A stretch of DNA of 64,000 nt from Candidatus Bathyarchaeota archaeon (GTDB taxonomy: Archaea > Thermoproteota > CALKCG01 > B24 > DRYS01), in assembly GCA_018396535.1 (NCBI GenBank), contig JAGTQC010000002.1, positions 96,001-160,000 on the forward strand, read 5' to 3'. Below are positions 18,587-29,188 of this stretch, in pieces. The notes beneath the pieces are model-generated. The model did not search any database and was not told where the DNA came from. It was given only the letters and a program-made list of their open reading frames with translations. The position numbers and the translations under genes were made by a program. Position 1 is the first letter of the stretch, and the number at the start of each line of letters is the position of its first letter.

Positions 18587-18792
18587 ATTCACAGATATTT
18601 TTAGGGTTTTAGGAAGTATTAAGTTTTAACTTTATATACGGGTATAGAATCCTCCGTGAGATGTGTATGTTTCACTTATACTACGGTATATAGTGAATAA
18701 TATATATACCTCTACGTTGATTATATGAGTACTACTTAGTAAATGTATATATCTACCTGAGTATTCTTTATAGGCTGAGGTTCATATACTCT

Positions 18793-19968
18793 ATGAAGGA
18801 GTTTAATAGAGACTACCTAGAATTCGAGCTGGATCCTAGGAATATTGTGATAGTCGATTCTACACTTAGAGAGGGTGAGCAAGCAGCTGGTGTCGCTTTA
18901 ACCTTAGATGAGAAGCTACGTATAGCTAGCTACGATGATGAGATAGGGGTAGACTATGTGGAAGTATTCACAGAATATGGCGATAGGGAAAGGGTACTTC
19001 TAGAAAGTATTAGACAGCTAGAATTTAGGAATTCTAAAATCCAGGTTTGGAATAGGCTCAGAAAAAGCGATATAGATCTATGTTTGAAGTATGATTTCGA
19101 GTGGGTATCGATAACAGCCGGGTTCTCTGATATACATCTTAAGAGTAAATTTAGAGCTAGCTTTGATGATCTTCTACAATCTTGTCTAGAACTTATCTCG
19201 TACTGTAAGGAGCATGGATTAAAAGTATCGCTCCACCTAGAGGATTCTACTAGAACACCCATCGATAGGCTGATTAAGATACTATCAGAGGTAGATGATG
19301 TGGATAGGATTAGGGATTGCGATACCGTTAGTGTACTAATACCTATAGCTGCATACAATAGGATGAAGCTGCTAGTTGATAACGCTAGAGGTATACCTAT
19401 AGAAGTCCATTACCATAACGATAGGGGGTTAGCTTTAGCGAACTCTATCTCAGCTGTAATGGCGGGGGCATCATCTATATCGGCTACATGGAACGGGCTA
19501 GGTGATAAGGCTGGAAATGCTGCATTAGATGAGGTGATCCTCCTAATATACGAACTTTATGGTATCGATAGATTCGACTTATCTAAAGCTGTGGAGGCTA
19601 GTCTATACGTAGCAGAAGCTTCCCGTATCCCTATATATAGGTTTAAACCCGTATCCGGATACGATGTATTTTCCGTACAATCTGGGATACATCAGGATGG
19701 TATATTGAAGAATCCCGAGATTTACCAGCCCTACCCACCTAAACTTGTAGGTAGAGAATGGCGTATAGTTCTAGGTGTAACATCGGGTACACATGGGTTA
19801 TCATACCTCCTAGCTAGTAGAGGATATAAACTTCCAGATGATGAAAGAAAAGTTAGAGAGATATTAGCGTATGCTAAAAGTATAGCTGAAAGTAAGAAGG
19901 GATACCTAGATGAGGATGACCTGGATAATCTAGCTAGAAGGTTTAATCTTGAAAATTTAACAAGATAG
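18793..19968 (+). CDS. Homocitrate/isopropylmalate synthase family (DRE-TIM), no C-terminal regulatory domain
   Basis: DSTLREGEQ, HYHNDRGLALAN, NGLG..AGN, SGIHQDG, YQPYPP..VG. Confidence 0.87.
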   Translation: MKEFNRDYLEFELDPRNIVIVDSTLREGEQAAGVALTLDEKLRIASYDDEIGVDYVEVFTEYGDRERVLLESIRQLEFRNSKIQVWNRLRKSDIDLCLKYDFEWVSITAGFSDIHLKSKFRASFDDLLQSCLELISYCKEHGLKVSLHLEDSTRTPIDRLIKILSEVDDVDRIRDCDTVSVLIPIAAYNRMKLLVDNARGIPIEVHYHNDRGLALANSISAVMAGASSISATWNGLGDKAGNAALDEVILLIYELYGIDRFDLSKAVEASLYVAEASRIPIYRFKPVSGYDVFSVQSGIHQDGILKNPEIYQPYPPKLVGREWRIVLGVTSGTHGLSYLLASRGYKLPDDERKVREILAYAKSIAESKKGYLDEDDLDNLARRFNLENLTR

Positions 19969-19987
19969 CATAGACTATATAATTGAT

Positions 19988-20479
19988 CTAGCTAGATTTG
20001 GCCATCTTTATAAATCTCCAGATGCGATCACCTATATAATGTATAGTTTCGATAGCCCTACCTCTACCCATAGACTTAATCACCTCGCTATCCTTCAAAG
20101 CTTTACCTAAAGCTATGGTTTTAGAATACTTCTCATCGCAGATAGCTACTATACCACCTTCACCGAATACTCCTTCAATCCTAACTATACCTGGAGCCAT
20201 AACATCTGCGCCATTACATATATGAGGAATCGCTCCTCGATCGACAAATACCTTCGGTAGCATGTTTATAACCTCACCGAATAATAATGTAGGATACACC
20301 TCATCGCCTATCTTGAATACGACTGGCTCCCCATCCAGAATGTATAGGGTGAAATCGTCGGAATCGACAACTTCACATCTATCCGGTCTTATATCTAGAT
20401 TAAGGTTTAAGCTAGCTTTCAGCTTCTCTAATACTATGCTAGCCTCCCTACGTCTAATATCCCTACGTTTCAAACGCAT
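19988..20479 (-). CDS. PUA-domain RNA-binding protein (MCT-1/Tma20-like)
   Basis: YPTL, VDRGAIPHICNGADVMAPGI, HYIGD. Confidence 0.9.
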   Translation of the reverse strand: MRLKRRDIRRREASIVLEKLKASLNLNLDIRPDRCEVVDSDDFTLYILDGEPVVFKIGDEVYPTLLFGEVINMLPKVFVDRGAIPHICNGADVMAPGIVRIEGVFGEGGIVAICDEKYSKTIALGKALKDSEVIKSMGRGRAIETIHYIGDRIWRFIKMAKSS

Positions 20480-20602
20480 ACAGCTAGTATTAGGTGAGAA
20501 GGAGATTTAATAACCTTAATATCCTAGGGGTAAAGCTGGCATAGCCTATCAGAGAGGGAAAAGTTTTAAAAGGGATATCTATCTGCTTCTAGAGTAGGGA
20601 TC

Positions 20603-20830
20603 ATGAGTGAGATAACATTTACGGTATTAGAGGAGAGTCTTGGTAGGATAGTGCTCGTTAAGCTTAAAGGAGGCAAGACGTTAAGGGGGCTGCTTGAAGG
20701 ATACGATAAACATCTAAACCTAGTTCTATCTAAGACTGAAGATGTAACTGATGGAAATGAAGGAGTAAAGCTAGGGAATGTTATAATAAGAGGGGATAAC
20801 GTTATACTGATATCGCCTGTAGGAGGCTAG
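20603..20830 (+). CDS. Sm-like protein SmAP1
   Basis: Sm1/Sm2 motifs G.L.GYD.HLNLVL and IRGDNV; upstream of eL37. Confidence 0.93.
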   Translation: MSEITFTVLEESLGRIVLVKLKGGKTLRGLLEGYDKHLNLVLSKTEDVTDGNEGVKLGNVIIRGDNVILISPVGG

Positions 20831-20835
20831 GGTTT

Positions 20836-21024
20836 ATGGTTAAAGGAACAGCTTCTATGGGTAAGTATGGTGGGGAGACGCTCCATATAAGATGCCGGAG
20901 ATGTGGGAGAAGATCCTATAACGTTAAGAAGAAGAGGTGTGCAGCATGCCATTACGGAGAATCCTCTAGGATAGCGAAATATTCTTGGAAGAATAGGAAG
21001 GTTAATAGGGAGAGGATTAAGTAG
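20836..21024 (+). CDS. rpl37e: 50S ribosomal protein L37e
   Basis: KGTASMG, HIRCRRCG, CAACHY. Confidence 0.96.
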   Translation: MVKGTASMGKYGGETLHIRCRRCGRRSYNVKKKRCAACHYGESSRIAKYSWKNRKVNRERIK

Positions 21025-21091
21025 TAAGCGGGTTAAAACTGGTTAAAGTTTAAAAGCTTCGATCCCTAACAGAGATAGCCTAGTTATAGAT

Positions 21092-21166
21092 GGGCCGGTA
21101 GATCAGACTGGTATGATCGCCCCCTTGGCGCGGGGGAGGTCGAGGGTTCAAATCCCTCCCGGTCCA
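21092..21166 (+). tRNA. tRNA-Ala(GGC)
   Basis: Acceptor GGGCCGG/CCGGTCC with G3:U70, anticodon arm CCCCC-TTGGCGC-GGGGG, T loop TTCAAAT. Confidence 0.95.
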
Positions 21167-21380
21167 CTATCCAACCCCTTACTCCTAGAGTATGTATCCT
21201 AAGGGTTATGTGTATCTGGATCCCCCCTATCGATTATCCATAGTTTTTATCCATGATTTCTCCATAGATGTGGCGTTTATGATGGAGGATTGTTTAGCGA
21301 TCTAAGCATTCTAGGAGGAAGGGATCCTACCTACTATCTTAATATTTTTAGGTTTGATCCTAGTATATCTCGATTGATTT

Positions 21381-23129
21381 ATGGAGTCTATGTATAGGGA
21401 TTACCCGGTAATTCTAGAAGATGTCTCATTTACCTATGAGGGATCTGATAAACCTGCGTTAAAGGATATAGATTTAAGGATTAGGAGGGGGGAGGTTACA
21501 GCTATACTTGGTAGAACAGGATCTGGGAAGACTACTCTGATATACGTTATGGGTGGGGTTATCCCGAACTATGTTAAAGGTAGGCTTAGAGGATGCATCC
21601 TAGTCGAAGGTTTAGATACTAGGGAGCATCCACTCTACGAGCTAGCTATGCATATAGGTGTAGTTATGGATGATCCTGAAGCACATATAGTCTCCTTCAC
21701 GGTATGGGAGGATGCAGCCTTCGGTCCATCAAACCTAGGTCTACCTAAAGATGAAGTTATGAAGAGAATCGAATTCGCTCTAGATGCAACGAGGCTGGGA
21801 GCTCTAAGATATAGGAATCCATACAACCTATCAGGAGGTGAGAAGCAGAGCTTAGCTATAGCTGGAGTCCTATCCATGATGCCTAACATTATAGCTCTAG
21901 ATGAACCAACCTCCATGCTCGATCCACTAGGTAGTATGAGAGTCCTATCCATCCTAAAGGATTTGAATAAAAGGTATGGCATAACGATAATCCTATCAAG
22001 CTTCGATGCTGAGGAAGCTGTAGAGCTTGCAGATAGGATCATAGTATTAGATAAAGGCGAGGTAGTTATGGATGGAGATACTAGAGATATACTACAAGAA
22101 GCGGATATACTCGAAAAAATCGGTATACGCATACCAGATGTTTCTAAGCTTACGATGAAGCTCAAGATGGATAACCTATGGAGCGGAGATATAGCTATAA
22201 ATATAGACGAAGCATTCAAACGTATAGTAGATATACTCAGAGATAGACGAGAAACCCCACCCAGACCTAACCCATACAAAGAAATCGAGAAGCCTAGAGA
22301 ACCCATAGTAAAGGTTAGAAGATTATCGCATACATATCCGGGAGGTGTTAAAGCTCTACAAGATATAAACCTAGATATCTATAACGGAGAATTCGTAGCT
22401 TTAATAGGGCAGAACGGATCTGGAAAAACAACTCTTGCAAAATACCTATGCGGATTACTTAAGCCTAGAGATAGATATACAGAGATAATAGTTGATGGCC
22501 TAGATCTAAGGAATGCTAGGATGAAGGATATAGTTAAGAAGATAGGCTACGTCTTCCAGATACCTGAACAACAGCTATTCTTCACAACTGTTAAAGAAGA
22601 GATAGGATTCGGCCTCAGGAATCTCGGACTCCCAGAAGATTATATAGAGGATAGAGTCGAAGAGATAATGAGAATCCTAGAACTAGAAGCTTATAGAGAT
22701 AGCGTTACATCATCACTCGATAGAGGGAGGAAGTTTCGTGTAGTACTAGGATCAGTCATAGCTATGGATCCGAAGATTATAGTAGTCGATGAACCTACCA
22801 CAGGTCAGGATTGGATAGAATCCACGTATATATGCAGACTCCTAGATGATCTAAGAAGGAGAGGAAAAACCATAATCATGATCACACACGAGATGGAGCT
22901 GGTCGCTAGATTCGCTACCAGAGTTATAGTTATGCGTGAAGGTAGAGTAATCCTAGACGGCACTCCTAGATACGTATTCTCCAAACCAGAGATACTAAGA
23001 TCCACATGGGTTCAACCCCCACAGATAACGAGGCTAAGCCAGATGCTATCTGAATACGGTATACCAGGGGATACCCTATCCATAGAGGAGATGTACAGCT
23101 ATATAGTACACATGCTGAGGGGGGTGTAG
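21381..23129 (+). CDS. ECF transporter fused dual ATPase (EcfA-EcfA')
   Basis: Two Walker A (GRTGSGKT, GQNGSGKT), LSGGEKQ, two DEPT motifs. Confidence 0.93.
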   Translation: MESMYRDYPVILEDVSFTYEGSDKPALKDIDLRIRRGEVTAILGRTGSGKTTLIYVMGGVIPNYVKGRLRGCILVEGLDTREHPLYELAMHIGVVMDDPEAHIVSFTVWEDAAFGPSNLGLPKDEVMKRIEFALDATRLGALRYRNPYNLSGGEKQSLAIAGVLSMMPNIIALDEPTSMLDPLGSMRVLSILKDLNKRYGITIILSSFDAEEAVELADRIIVLDKGEVVMDGDTRDILQEADILEKIGIRIPDVSKLTMKLKMDNLWSGDIAINIDEAFKRIVDILRDRRETPPRPNPYKEIEKPREPIVKVRRLSHTYPGGVKALQDINLDIYNGEFVALIGQNGSGKTTLAKYLCGLLKPRDRYTEIIVDGLDLRNARMKDIVKKIGYVFQIPEQQLFFTTVKEEIGFGLRNLGLPEDYIEDRVEEIMRILELEAYRDSVTSSLDRGRKFRVVLGSVIAMDPKIIVVDEPTTGQDWIESTYICRLLDDLRRRGKTIIMITHEMELVARFATRVIVMREGRVILDGTPRYVFSKPEILRSTWVQPPQITRLSQMLSEYGIPGDTLSIEEMYSYIVHMLRGV

Positions 23130-23966
23130 ATGGTACTACTCGAGTATGAAGCTAAGGATACAGTTATACATAGATTAAACCCTATAGCGAAAGCCGTATG
23201 GTTCGCATGCTGCACGATACTATCCACACTATACCTAGAACCACAACCTCTAATAATACTAGCAGCCCAGATAGCTATGATAGGATACCTATCTAAGGTG
23301 CCATGGAGTAAACTAATCTCCAGAGCCTGGTGGGCATATATAGGTTCACTACTCGGAGGATACACCGTATCGCTTTGGATAACAAGCCCAGAACAGCTTT
23401 GGAGAATACCGCCAGAGTATGGATGTAAAGTCCTACTAGAAGTTACACCTAAAGGAACACCTATCATAGGATACACAGCTATAACATATGCTGGCCTACT
23501 ATGGGGTACAACAGTCACCATGAAGATAGCTTTAGCCGTAACAGCCGCATGCATACTAACCTATACAACACCGATATCCGATATAGTATCCATATTAGGG
23601 AGGATACTACCCTACAAAGCCTCATTCATAGTGATGACAGGTGTAAGATTCTATCCAGTCCTACTAGAGAGGATACAGGGAATAGTAGATGCAGCTAGAT
23701 CTAGAGGATGGGAATCCTCCTATAGGAACCCGGTTAAAAAAGTTCGATCACTATACACGATAGTCTTCCCATCAATCAGGGAGGCTATACTCCTATCCGA
23801 ACGAATGAGTCTATCGATAGAATCTAGAGCTTTCGGAGTTAAGAAACCTACACCTATCAAAACCCTAGCCTTAGATAGAAGCGATATACTCTTCATAACA
23901 TTCATCTCCTCATTCACAGGTCTACTAGCCTATATGTGGAGCGTGTACGGGTTTGGAATGCTATAG
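23130..23966 (+). CDS. ecfT: ECF transporter T component
   Basis: HRLNP..K, RFYP, ARSRG and ESRAF coupling motifs; abuts the ATPase. Confidence 0.9.
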   Translation: MVLLEYEAKDTVIHRLNPIAKAVWFACCTILSTLYLEPQPLIILAAQIAMIGYLSKVPWSKLISRAWWAYIGSLLGGYTVSLWITSPEQLWRIPPEYGCKVLLEVTPKGTPIIGYTAITYAGLLWGTTVTMKIALAVTAACILTYTTPISDIVSILGRILPYKASFIVMTGVRFYPVLLERIQGIVDAARSRGWESSYRNPVKKVRSLYTIVFPSIREAILLSERMSLSIESRAFGVKKPTPIKTLALDRSDILFITFISSFTGLLAYMWSVYGFGML

Positions 23967-24618
23967 AATACTCATACAGCTACTCCTACTATCACTAGCG
24001 ATAGCTACCGTACACCCCATCTACACCGAATCTAAGGATAAGCTTATCTCAATACTATGCATCGATTCGGTAGGCGAACCAGTAGTAAACGCTATCGTAA
24101 AGATAGGTAGGGAGGGCGAAATCCTATATACCGGAGTTACAAACTCCTCAGGATTCCTTCCTAAACCTATACCGAGAGGCATCTACCACATCGAGGTAGA
24201 ATCGAGAAACCGCACCATATACTCAGGTATGGTCTACGCTCAAGATGATATCGTTAAGATACTATGCGAAGTGTATAAGCTAACCATCATCGTCAACTAC
24301 CTAGACATCATACCTATAGTAAACGCGAAAATCACTATCATAGATACAGAGTATGGCAGGATAGTATATAGCGTAGATAAGCTTAGAATACCCTACGGCT
24401 TCTACATCTTCTCAGCTGAAATATCTACCAAGCTTCCTAAAGGCGTATATGAAGTAGTAGTCGAATCTCTCAATTCAGAGATTGGAAGGGTAGCCCTCAC
24501 AGATAATTCAACTATTAGATTTACAAATGTGGTATCTTTAGACTCGATATTATTTATAGCATTACTGATATCTACTATAATCTCACTAATACTATTCATC
24601 TTAACTATTAGACGATAA
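23953..24618 (+). CDS. Secreted membrane-anchored beta-sandwich protein (carboxypeptidase-regulatory-like repeats)
   Basis: Signal-like N-terminus, repeated 'P.VNA.V.I ... G.Y.I.VES' units, C-terminal TM ending in RR. Confidence 0.65.
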   Translation: MECYRILIQLLLLSLAIATVHPIYTESKDKLISILCIDSVGEPVVNAIVKIGREGEILYTGVTNSSGFLPKPIPRGIYHIEVESRNRTIYSGMVYAQDDIVKILCEVYKLTIIVNYLDIIPIVNAKITIIDTEYGRIVYSVDKLRIPYGFYIFSAEISTKLPKGVYEVVVESLNSEIGRVALTDNSTIRFTNVVSLDSILFIALLISTIISLILFILTIRR

Positions 24619-24650
24619 CCTTATATAACTCACATCATAAGAACTAAATC

Positions 24651-25454
24651 GTGTCTATAAAAACCACTAGGAGAATAGAACTCTGGACACCGAGAAGAGT
24701 AACTAGAGCAGCGATAATAGGAGCATTATCCGGTGCTACATCACTTATACCCGTCCCGGTTATGCCAGGCATGACCCTAGATCCTGCTATACCAGCATTC
24801 GCAGCCGTATACTACGGGCCATTCGAAGCATACTGGGGCTACGCTATAGGCCAGCTTATCAGATCCCTTATAAGAGATCCAGGCGTACTTATGATAAATC
24901 CTCTAAACTTCATGTTTGGAACACCATTCTTCATGATAATCATAGCATGGCTTGTCAGAGTGGTGAAATACCCATGGAACATCCCTGCTAGCATAGCTCT
25001 AGGCATCCTCATGCATATGCTCTCCTACGCTATACCAGGCTGTATAATAACCTATGGCTGGGCTGTCTTCCCGACATGCTTCATACTTCAGATGATCGGC
25101 TGCGCTATAGTCATATCCGTCTGCCTAATAATAGCTTTGGGAGGAGCAGTCTATATGTGGAGGATACGTAGACAACCCATGTTCCCACATAGATTCATAG
25201 ATAAGGATGAGGAATTCTCGATAGCGAGTAAGGGGAGGATACTAGCATCAGCTATAGCCGCCGTAATCCTATTCATCATCCCATACATCTTCCTAGCAAC
25301 ACCCTACTCCTCTGATAGATACCTTGGACCACCAGAATCCCCTCTACGCAGATACATAGATGCCTATATAAGGCATCCAATGACTGCAGGCTTAGGCTGG
25401 CTATGCTGGGAGCTATACAAGAAGCATGGGGAATGGTTTAAGATAACAGAGTAG
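24651..25454 (+). CDS. ECF transporter S component
   Basis: 'AAIIGALS', 'AVYYGP', multi-TM with C-terminal extension; own TATA (ccttatata) about 30 nt upstream. Confidence 0.75.
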   Translation: MSIKTTRRIELWTPRRVTRAAIIGALSGATSLIPVPVMPGMTLDPAIPAFAAVYYGPFEAYWGYAIGQLIRSLIRDPGVLMINPLNFMFGTPFFMIIIAWLVRVVKYPWNIPASIALGILMHMLSYAIPGCIITYGWAVFPTCFILQMIGCAIVISVCLIIALGGAVYMWRIRRQPMFPHRFIDKDEEFSIASKGRILASAIAAVILFIIPYIFLATPYSSDRYLGPPESPLRRYIDAYIRHPMTAGLGWLCWELYKKHGEWFKITE

Positions 25455-25480
25455 ATCTAGGGATAGATGTATAGCATTAC

Positions 25481-26989
25481 CTAGACATCATCCCTTACAA
25501 TCTTCAAAGCTAACAATCTAGCAGCAGCTTCAAACTCCCATCTTAAATCCCCTATGAATGATACCTTATGCCAGCCGAATATGCTTTGATCATGCTTCTC
25601 CAATATCCTACCAGCATCATCCTCCACAACCAGCTTATCCCTACACGCCTTCTCATCCTCTATTAAACCTAAACTCCTACCATAACGGATACATATCGAT
25701 CTATGGAGAACACTAACCTTAACAGTTGTAACAGGTTCACCTTTCGGAAACCTAACTATAGGAGATGCTCCTATAAAGTGCGCCTCACCATGCCTATCTA
25801 TACAATAGCTTAGAGGAGGCTCACGGCATCCATAGAGTCTAGTAGGTGATGTACAATGTAGATAGATAACCCTGTTACCAGCTAGATCTAGACAGTAGTT
25901 CCCGACCATACCTGGACGATCAGCTAGATACATACCTAGAAGAAGTGTAACAGCTGAATCCATATCAGCTTCACATACAGCTACTATCCCCTCATCGTTA
26001 AGCTTAGAGAAGGCCATGCATGGCAGTATAGGCATCTTACCTGATAACAGTACTGGGAAGCATTCAATACCGATAGCATCGCATCCTCTATCTCTGAGAA
26101 GATTCTTCAACGCTAGGTAAAGCCTAGCCGCACATACTATAGGATAACGGGCCACCCTGTTCTCCTCAGCCTCCCTTATCCATCCATCAGCTACACCTTC
26201 AGCCTCCTCTACACTAACAGCCTCCCAGTAATCTAGAAGTTCACCAGGATCTATCCTAACAAGCTCTAAACCAAAGATATCCTTTAAATTGCTTCTATAA
26301 AGATCCTCATTCCTCCTCCATTGTAAAGCCTGATCCACACCATGAACATCGACAGCGAAGCTATCCGGGAAGATATAGTACTTGATAAGCATATCCCTAA
26401 CCTCTACCGGCAACCCCTCAGCCTCCAGCATCCCAACCATCCTCCTCCTATCCTCCTCGCTTCTCGAAACCTCAGCTTCATCAAAGGTAACCACTAGAAT
26501 CCTCCTCCCCCTCATATCGTACAGCCTCTTCATAACCTCCAAAGCTCTCTCTACATCCTCAAAATTTGGTGAAGATACAGGGAGAACGGGGAGACCCCTA
26601 CCTCTAACCCTCTCATAGATCCTTATAAACCCCCAATCCCCACCATACATAAAGCTAGCTAGTATCGTAGGCTTACCTATCTCTATAGCTTCAACTCCTA
26701 TATCATCTATCGTAGGGTTTGTCCCATAATTACCCACGACATATAGAAGAAGACCATCAGACTCTCTTACCCCCTTCTTAATTTCCCAACTATCCTCACG
26801 ACTATACCTCCAGATAACCCTACCCCCTGTGAACTCTACATCAGGAAACCTTACCCTTAACCTCTCAACTATGGATTTACATAACCCACCCTCATCGTAT
26901 CCTATATAGGGCCAACCAGGCCCCCATCTACCCTTACCTAGAAAAAGAACGTATACCTTCATACGTATCGACGTATACCATACATCCAA
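25481..26989 (-). CDS. L-fucose/L-arabinose isomerase-family protein
   Basis: ARLYLAL, DAIGIECF, PCMAFSKLND, CEADMDS, HCT, CRDKL. Confidence 0.75.
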   Translation of the reverse strand: MDVWYTSIRMKVYVLFLGKGRWGPGWPYIGYDEGGLCKSIVERLRVRFPDVEFTGGRVIWRYSREDSWEIKKGVRESDGLLLYVVGNYGTNPTIDDIGVEAIEIGKPTILASFMYGGDWGFIRIYERVRGRGLPVLPVSSPNFEDVERALEVMKRLYDMRGRRILVVTFDEAEVSRSEEDRRRMVGMLEAEGLPVEVRDMLIKYYIFPDSFAVDVHGVDQALQWRRNEDLYRSNLKDIFGLELVRIDPGELLDYWEAVSVEEAEGVADGWIREAEENRVARYPIVCAARLYLALKNLLRDRGCDAIGIECFPVLLSGKMPILPCMAFSKLNDEGIVAVCEADMDSAVTLLLGMYLADRPGMVGNYCLDLAGNRVIYLHCTSPTRLYGCREPPLSYCIDRHGEAHFIGASPIVRFPKGEPVTTVKVSVLHRSICIRYGRSLGLIEDEKACRDKLVVEDDAGRILEKHDQSIFGWHKVSFIGDLRWEFEAAARLLALKIVRDDV

Positions 26990-26997
26990 TATAAGAT

Positions 26998-27885
26998 TTA
27001 CTCGATCGTAACCCAGGGACAGGTATTCCTCAAAACATCTAGAGATCTCTTCGAATCTCTAAGCGAAAGCTCGAAGACTATAGGCCCCCTAAACCCCTTA
27101 AATTGCAGATACTTCATAAACTCTACTAGCGGTAGATCGCCTTCACCTAACGGTAGATGATCCCTCCTGATAGCTAGCCCATGCTCTACCCTGAAGAAGC
27201 CATCATGCAGATGTATCTCGATAAGCCTATCGTAATGCTTATCAAGGAAATCCATAATCGAAAGCTCATCCGAGAAGCCTGCTAACAGATGCCCGGTATC
27301 CAAGCATATAGATAGATCGAATCTATCTATAGCTTCCCTCGTAAGATCGAACGGGAATTCCACATTCTCCACAGCTATCTTCCGTGAAGGAATATCTATC
27401 TTCGATACTATCTCCTCTAAGCTTCGTATAGAATTTGATAGCATACCCTTATTGACTATATATTTGTAAGATCTAGGGATATTAAGCCTAGTAAACTCTG
27501 ATGCAAGAGCCCCTGTAATATGGATCACATAGCATTCAGGGTTAAGATCCTTAGCTAACTCTATAGAGTGGACCATACTCTCTACAGACCCCCTCCTAAC
27601 GAACGGGTTTGGAGAAGCAAGCTCTACGCTCCATAACGGTAGATGAACACTATAGGTGATACCTAAACTCTCACCTAGATCGATAAGCTTTCTAAAAGTA
27701 TCCTTTTTTAGAGATCCAGGAAGTATGTATTCTATATCCATAGTTAACTCTACATGGCGGAATCCCTCCATCACGGATGTTATACAGAAATCTGGGAAGC
27801 TGAATTTCGATAGATCAACCGAGAATCCATCTACTATCCTCTGCATAACATCGAGGAATTGGAGAGGCTGTACACCAAACCTCAA
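26998..27885 (-). CDS. AP-endonuclease-2/xylose-isomerase-like TIM barrel (sugar-phosphate isomerase or CbiR-like)
   Basis: SVHLP, VEN, CLDTGH, EIHLHD, DHLPLGEG, VFE. Confidence 0.75.
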   Translation of the reverse strand: MRFGVQPLQFLDVMQRIVDGFSVDLSKFSFPDFCITSVMEGFRHVELTMDIEYILPGSLKKDTFRKLIDLGESLGITYSVHLPLWSVELASPNPFVRRGSVESMVHSIELAKDLNPECYVIHITGALASEFTRLNIPRSYKYIVNKGMLSNSIRSLEEIVSKIDIPSRKIAVENVEFPFDLTREAIDRFDLSICLDTGHLLAGFSDELSIMDFLDKHYDRLIEIHLHDGFFRVEHGLAIRRDHLPLGEGDLPLVEFMKYLQFKGFRGPIVFELSLRDSKRSLDVLRNTCPWVTIE

Positions 27886-27898
27886 TACATACCACCGA

Positions 27899-29188
27899 TC
27901 AGCTCAGCCAAGGTATCCACTTAGCTTCAGCTTTAAACATCTCGTTAACCATCTCCTCGATCTCTCTAGGTGTTAGAATAGCCGATGTTAGAGGATCGAA
28001 CATTATAGCTTCTACAACAGCGGTCCTATCCTTCTCTAAAGCTGCTTTAACAGCTAGCTCCTGGACGTTTATATTAGTCCTGTTCAAAGCTGCACATTGA
28101 GGGGGGAGATCCCCAACGTAGCATGGATGGATACCCCCTCTATCCACCATACAGGGTACCTCTACACAGCATCCATATGGAAGGTTAGTTATCAACCCTC
28201 TATTCTCGACATTACCGTTTATACGGCATACCCTACCCGTCTCCATAGAGTATATTACATCTATACCGTATTCATCTGATCTGTTAATCTCTATAGGCTC
28301 CTCCCCTCTTATCTGCCTCTCTATACGTTCAAAATGCGGCTTCCAGCGGGTCTTACATATCTCTAGGTAGAACCATCTAGGTTCACAGTATCTTCTACGT
28401 CTCTCCTCGTTGGTCCTGAAGTATGGGATGTACTCGCTTAGATGATGACTCGACTCTGTTATAAAGTATCCGAGATACTTCATCATCTCGAATCGAACCT
28501 TATCCTTCTCGTATATCTCCCTATTCTCCATAGCCTTCCAGAGTAGTGGGTACGCATCCCTACCTCTATACTTGAATTCTAGGAAGAAAGCTTGGTGATT
28601 AATACCAGCAACCCAGTAGTAGACATCCTCGTATGGCACTCCTATATAGCCTGCTAGAGTCCTCGCCGTCCCCTGAACACTATGACATAACCCTACATTC
28701 CTTATCTTAGTAGCTCTATTCATAGCCCAGCAGTTGATCGCCATAGGGTTAGCATAGTTTATCAGAAGGGCATCCGGGCATAGATCCTCCATATCGTAGC
28801 ATATATCTAGTAGAACAGGTATGGTTCTAAGCCCTCTAAAAACACCTCCAGGACCTATAGTATCACCAACCTCCTGGTTTACACCATACTTTAAGGGTAT
28901 GTATATATCATACTCGAAAGCCTCCAACCCACCTACCTGGATCATCACTATAACATAATCCGCTCCATCTAAAGCCTCTCTCCGATCTAGAGTCGATTGT
29001 ATCTTCAAGCCTGACGCATACTTAGAGGCAAGCGTATATGCAAACCTCGTTATCACATTAAGACGCTCAGCATCTATATCCATAAGGGATATCGTGGAGT
29101 TTCTAAGCTCGGGATGATACACTATATCCGTGAGTAGACGACTAGCAAAAACAACGCTTCCAGCACCGATGAAGACTATCTTAGCCGT
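27899..29188 (-). CDS. melA: GH4 alpha-galactosidase (apparent ACG start)
   Basis: Frame extends past the ORF-track start 29122 to AKIVFIGAGS; GDTIGPGG, NYANP, GLCHS, AGINHQ, TESSHH.SEY. Confidence 0.88.
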   Translation of the reverse strand, partial: TAKIVFIGAGSVVFASRLLTDIVYHPELRNSTISLMDIDAERLNVITRFAYTLASKYASGLKIQSTLDRREALDGADYVIVMIQVGGLEAFEYDIYIPLKYGVNQEVGDTIGPGGVFRGLRTIPVLLDICYDMEDLCPDALLINYANPMAINCWAMNRATKIRNVGLCHSVQGTARTLAGYIGVPYEDVYYWVAGINHQAFFLEFKYRGRDAYPLLWKAMENREIYEKDKVRFEMMKYLGYFITESSHHLSEYIPYFRTNEERRRRYCEPRWFYLEICKTRWKPHFERIERQIRGEEPIEINRSDEYGIDVIYSMETGRVCRINGNVENRGLITNLPYGCCVEVPCMVDRGGIHPCYVGDLPPQCAALNRTNINVQELAVKAALEKDRTAVVEAIMFDPLTSAILTPREIEEMVNEMFKAEAKWIPWLS

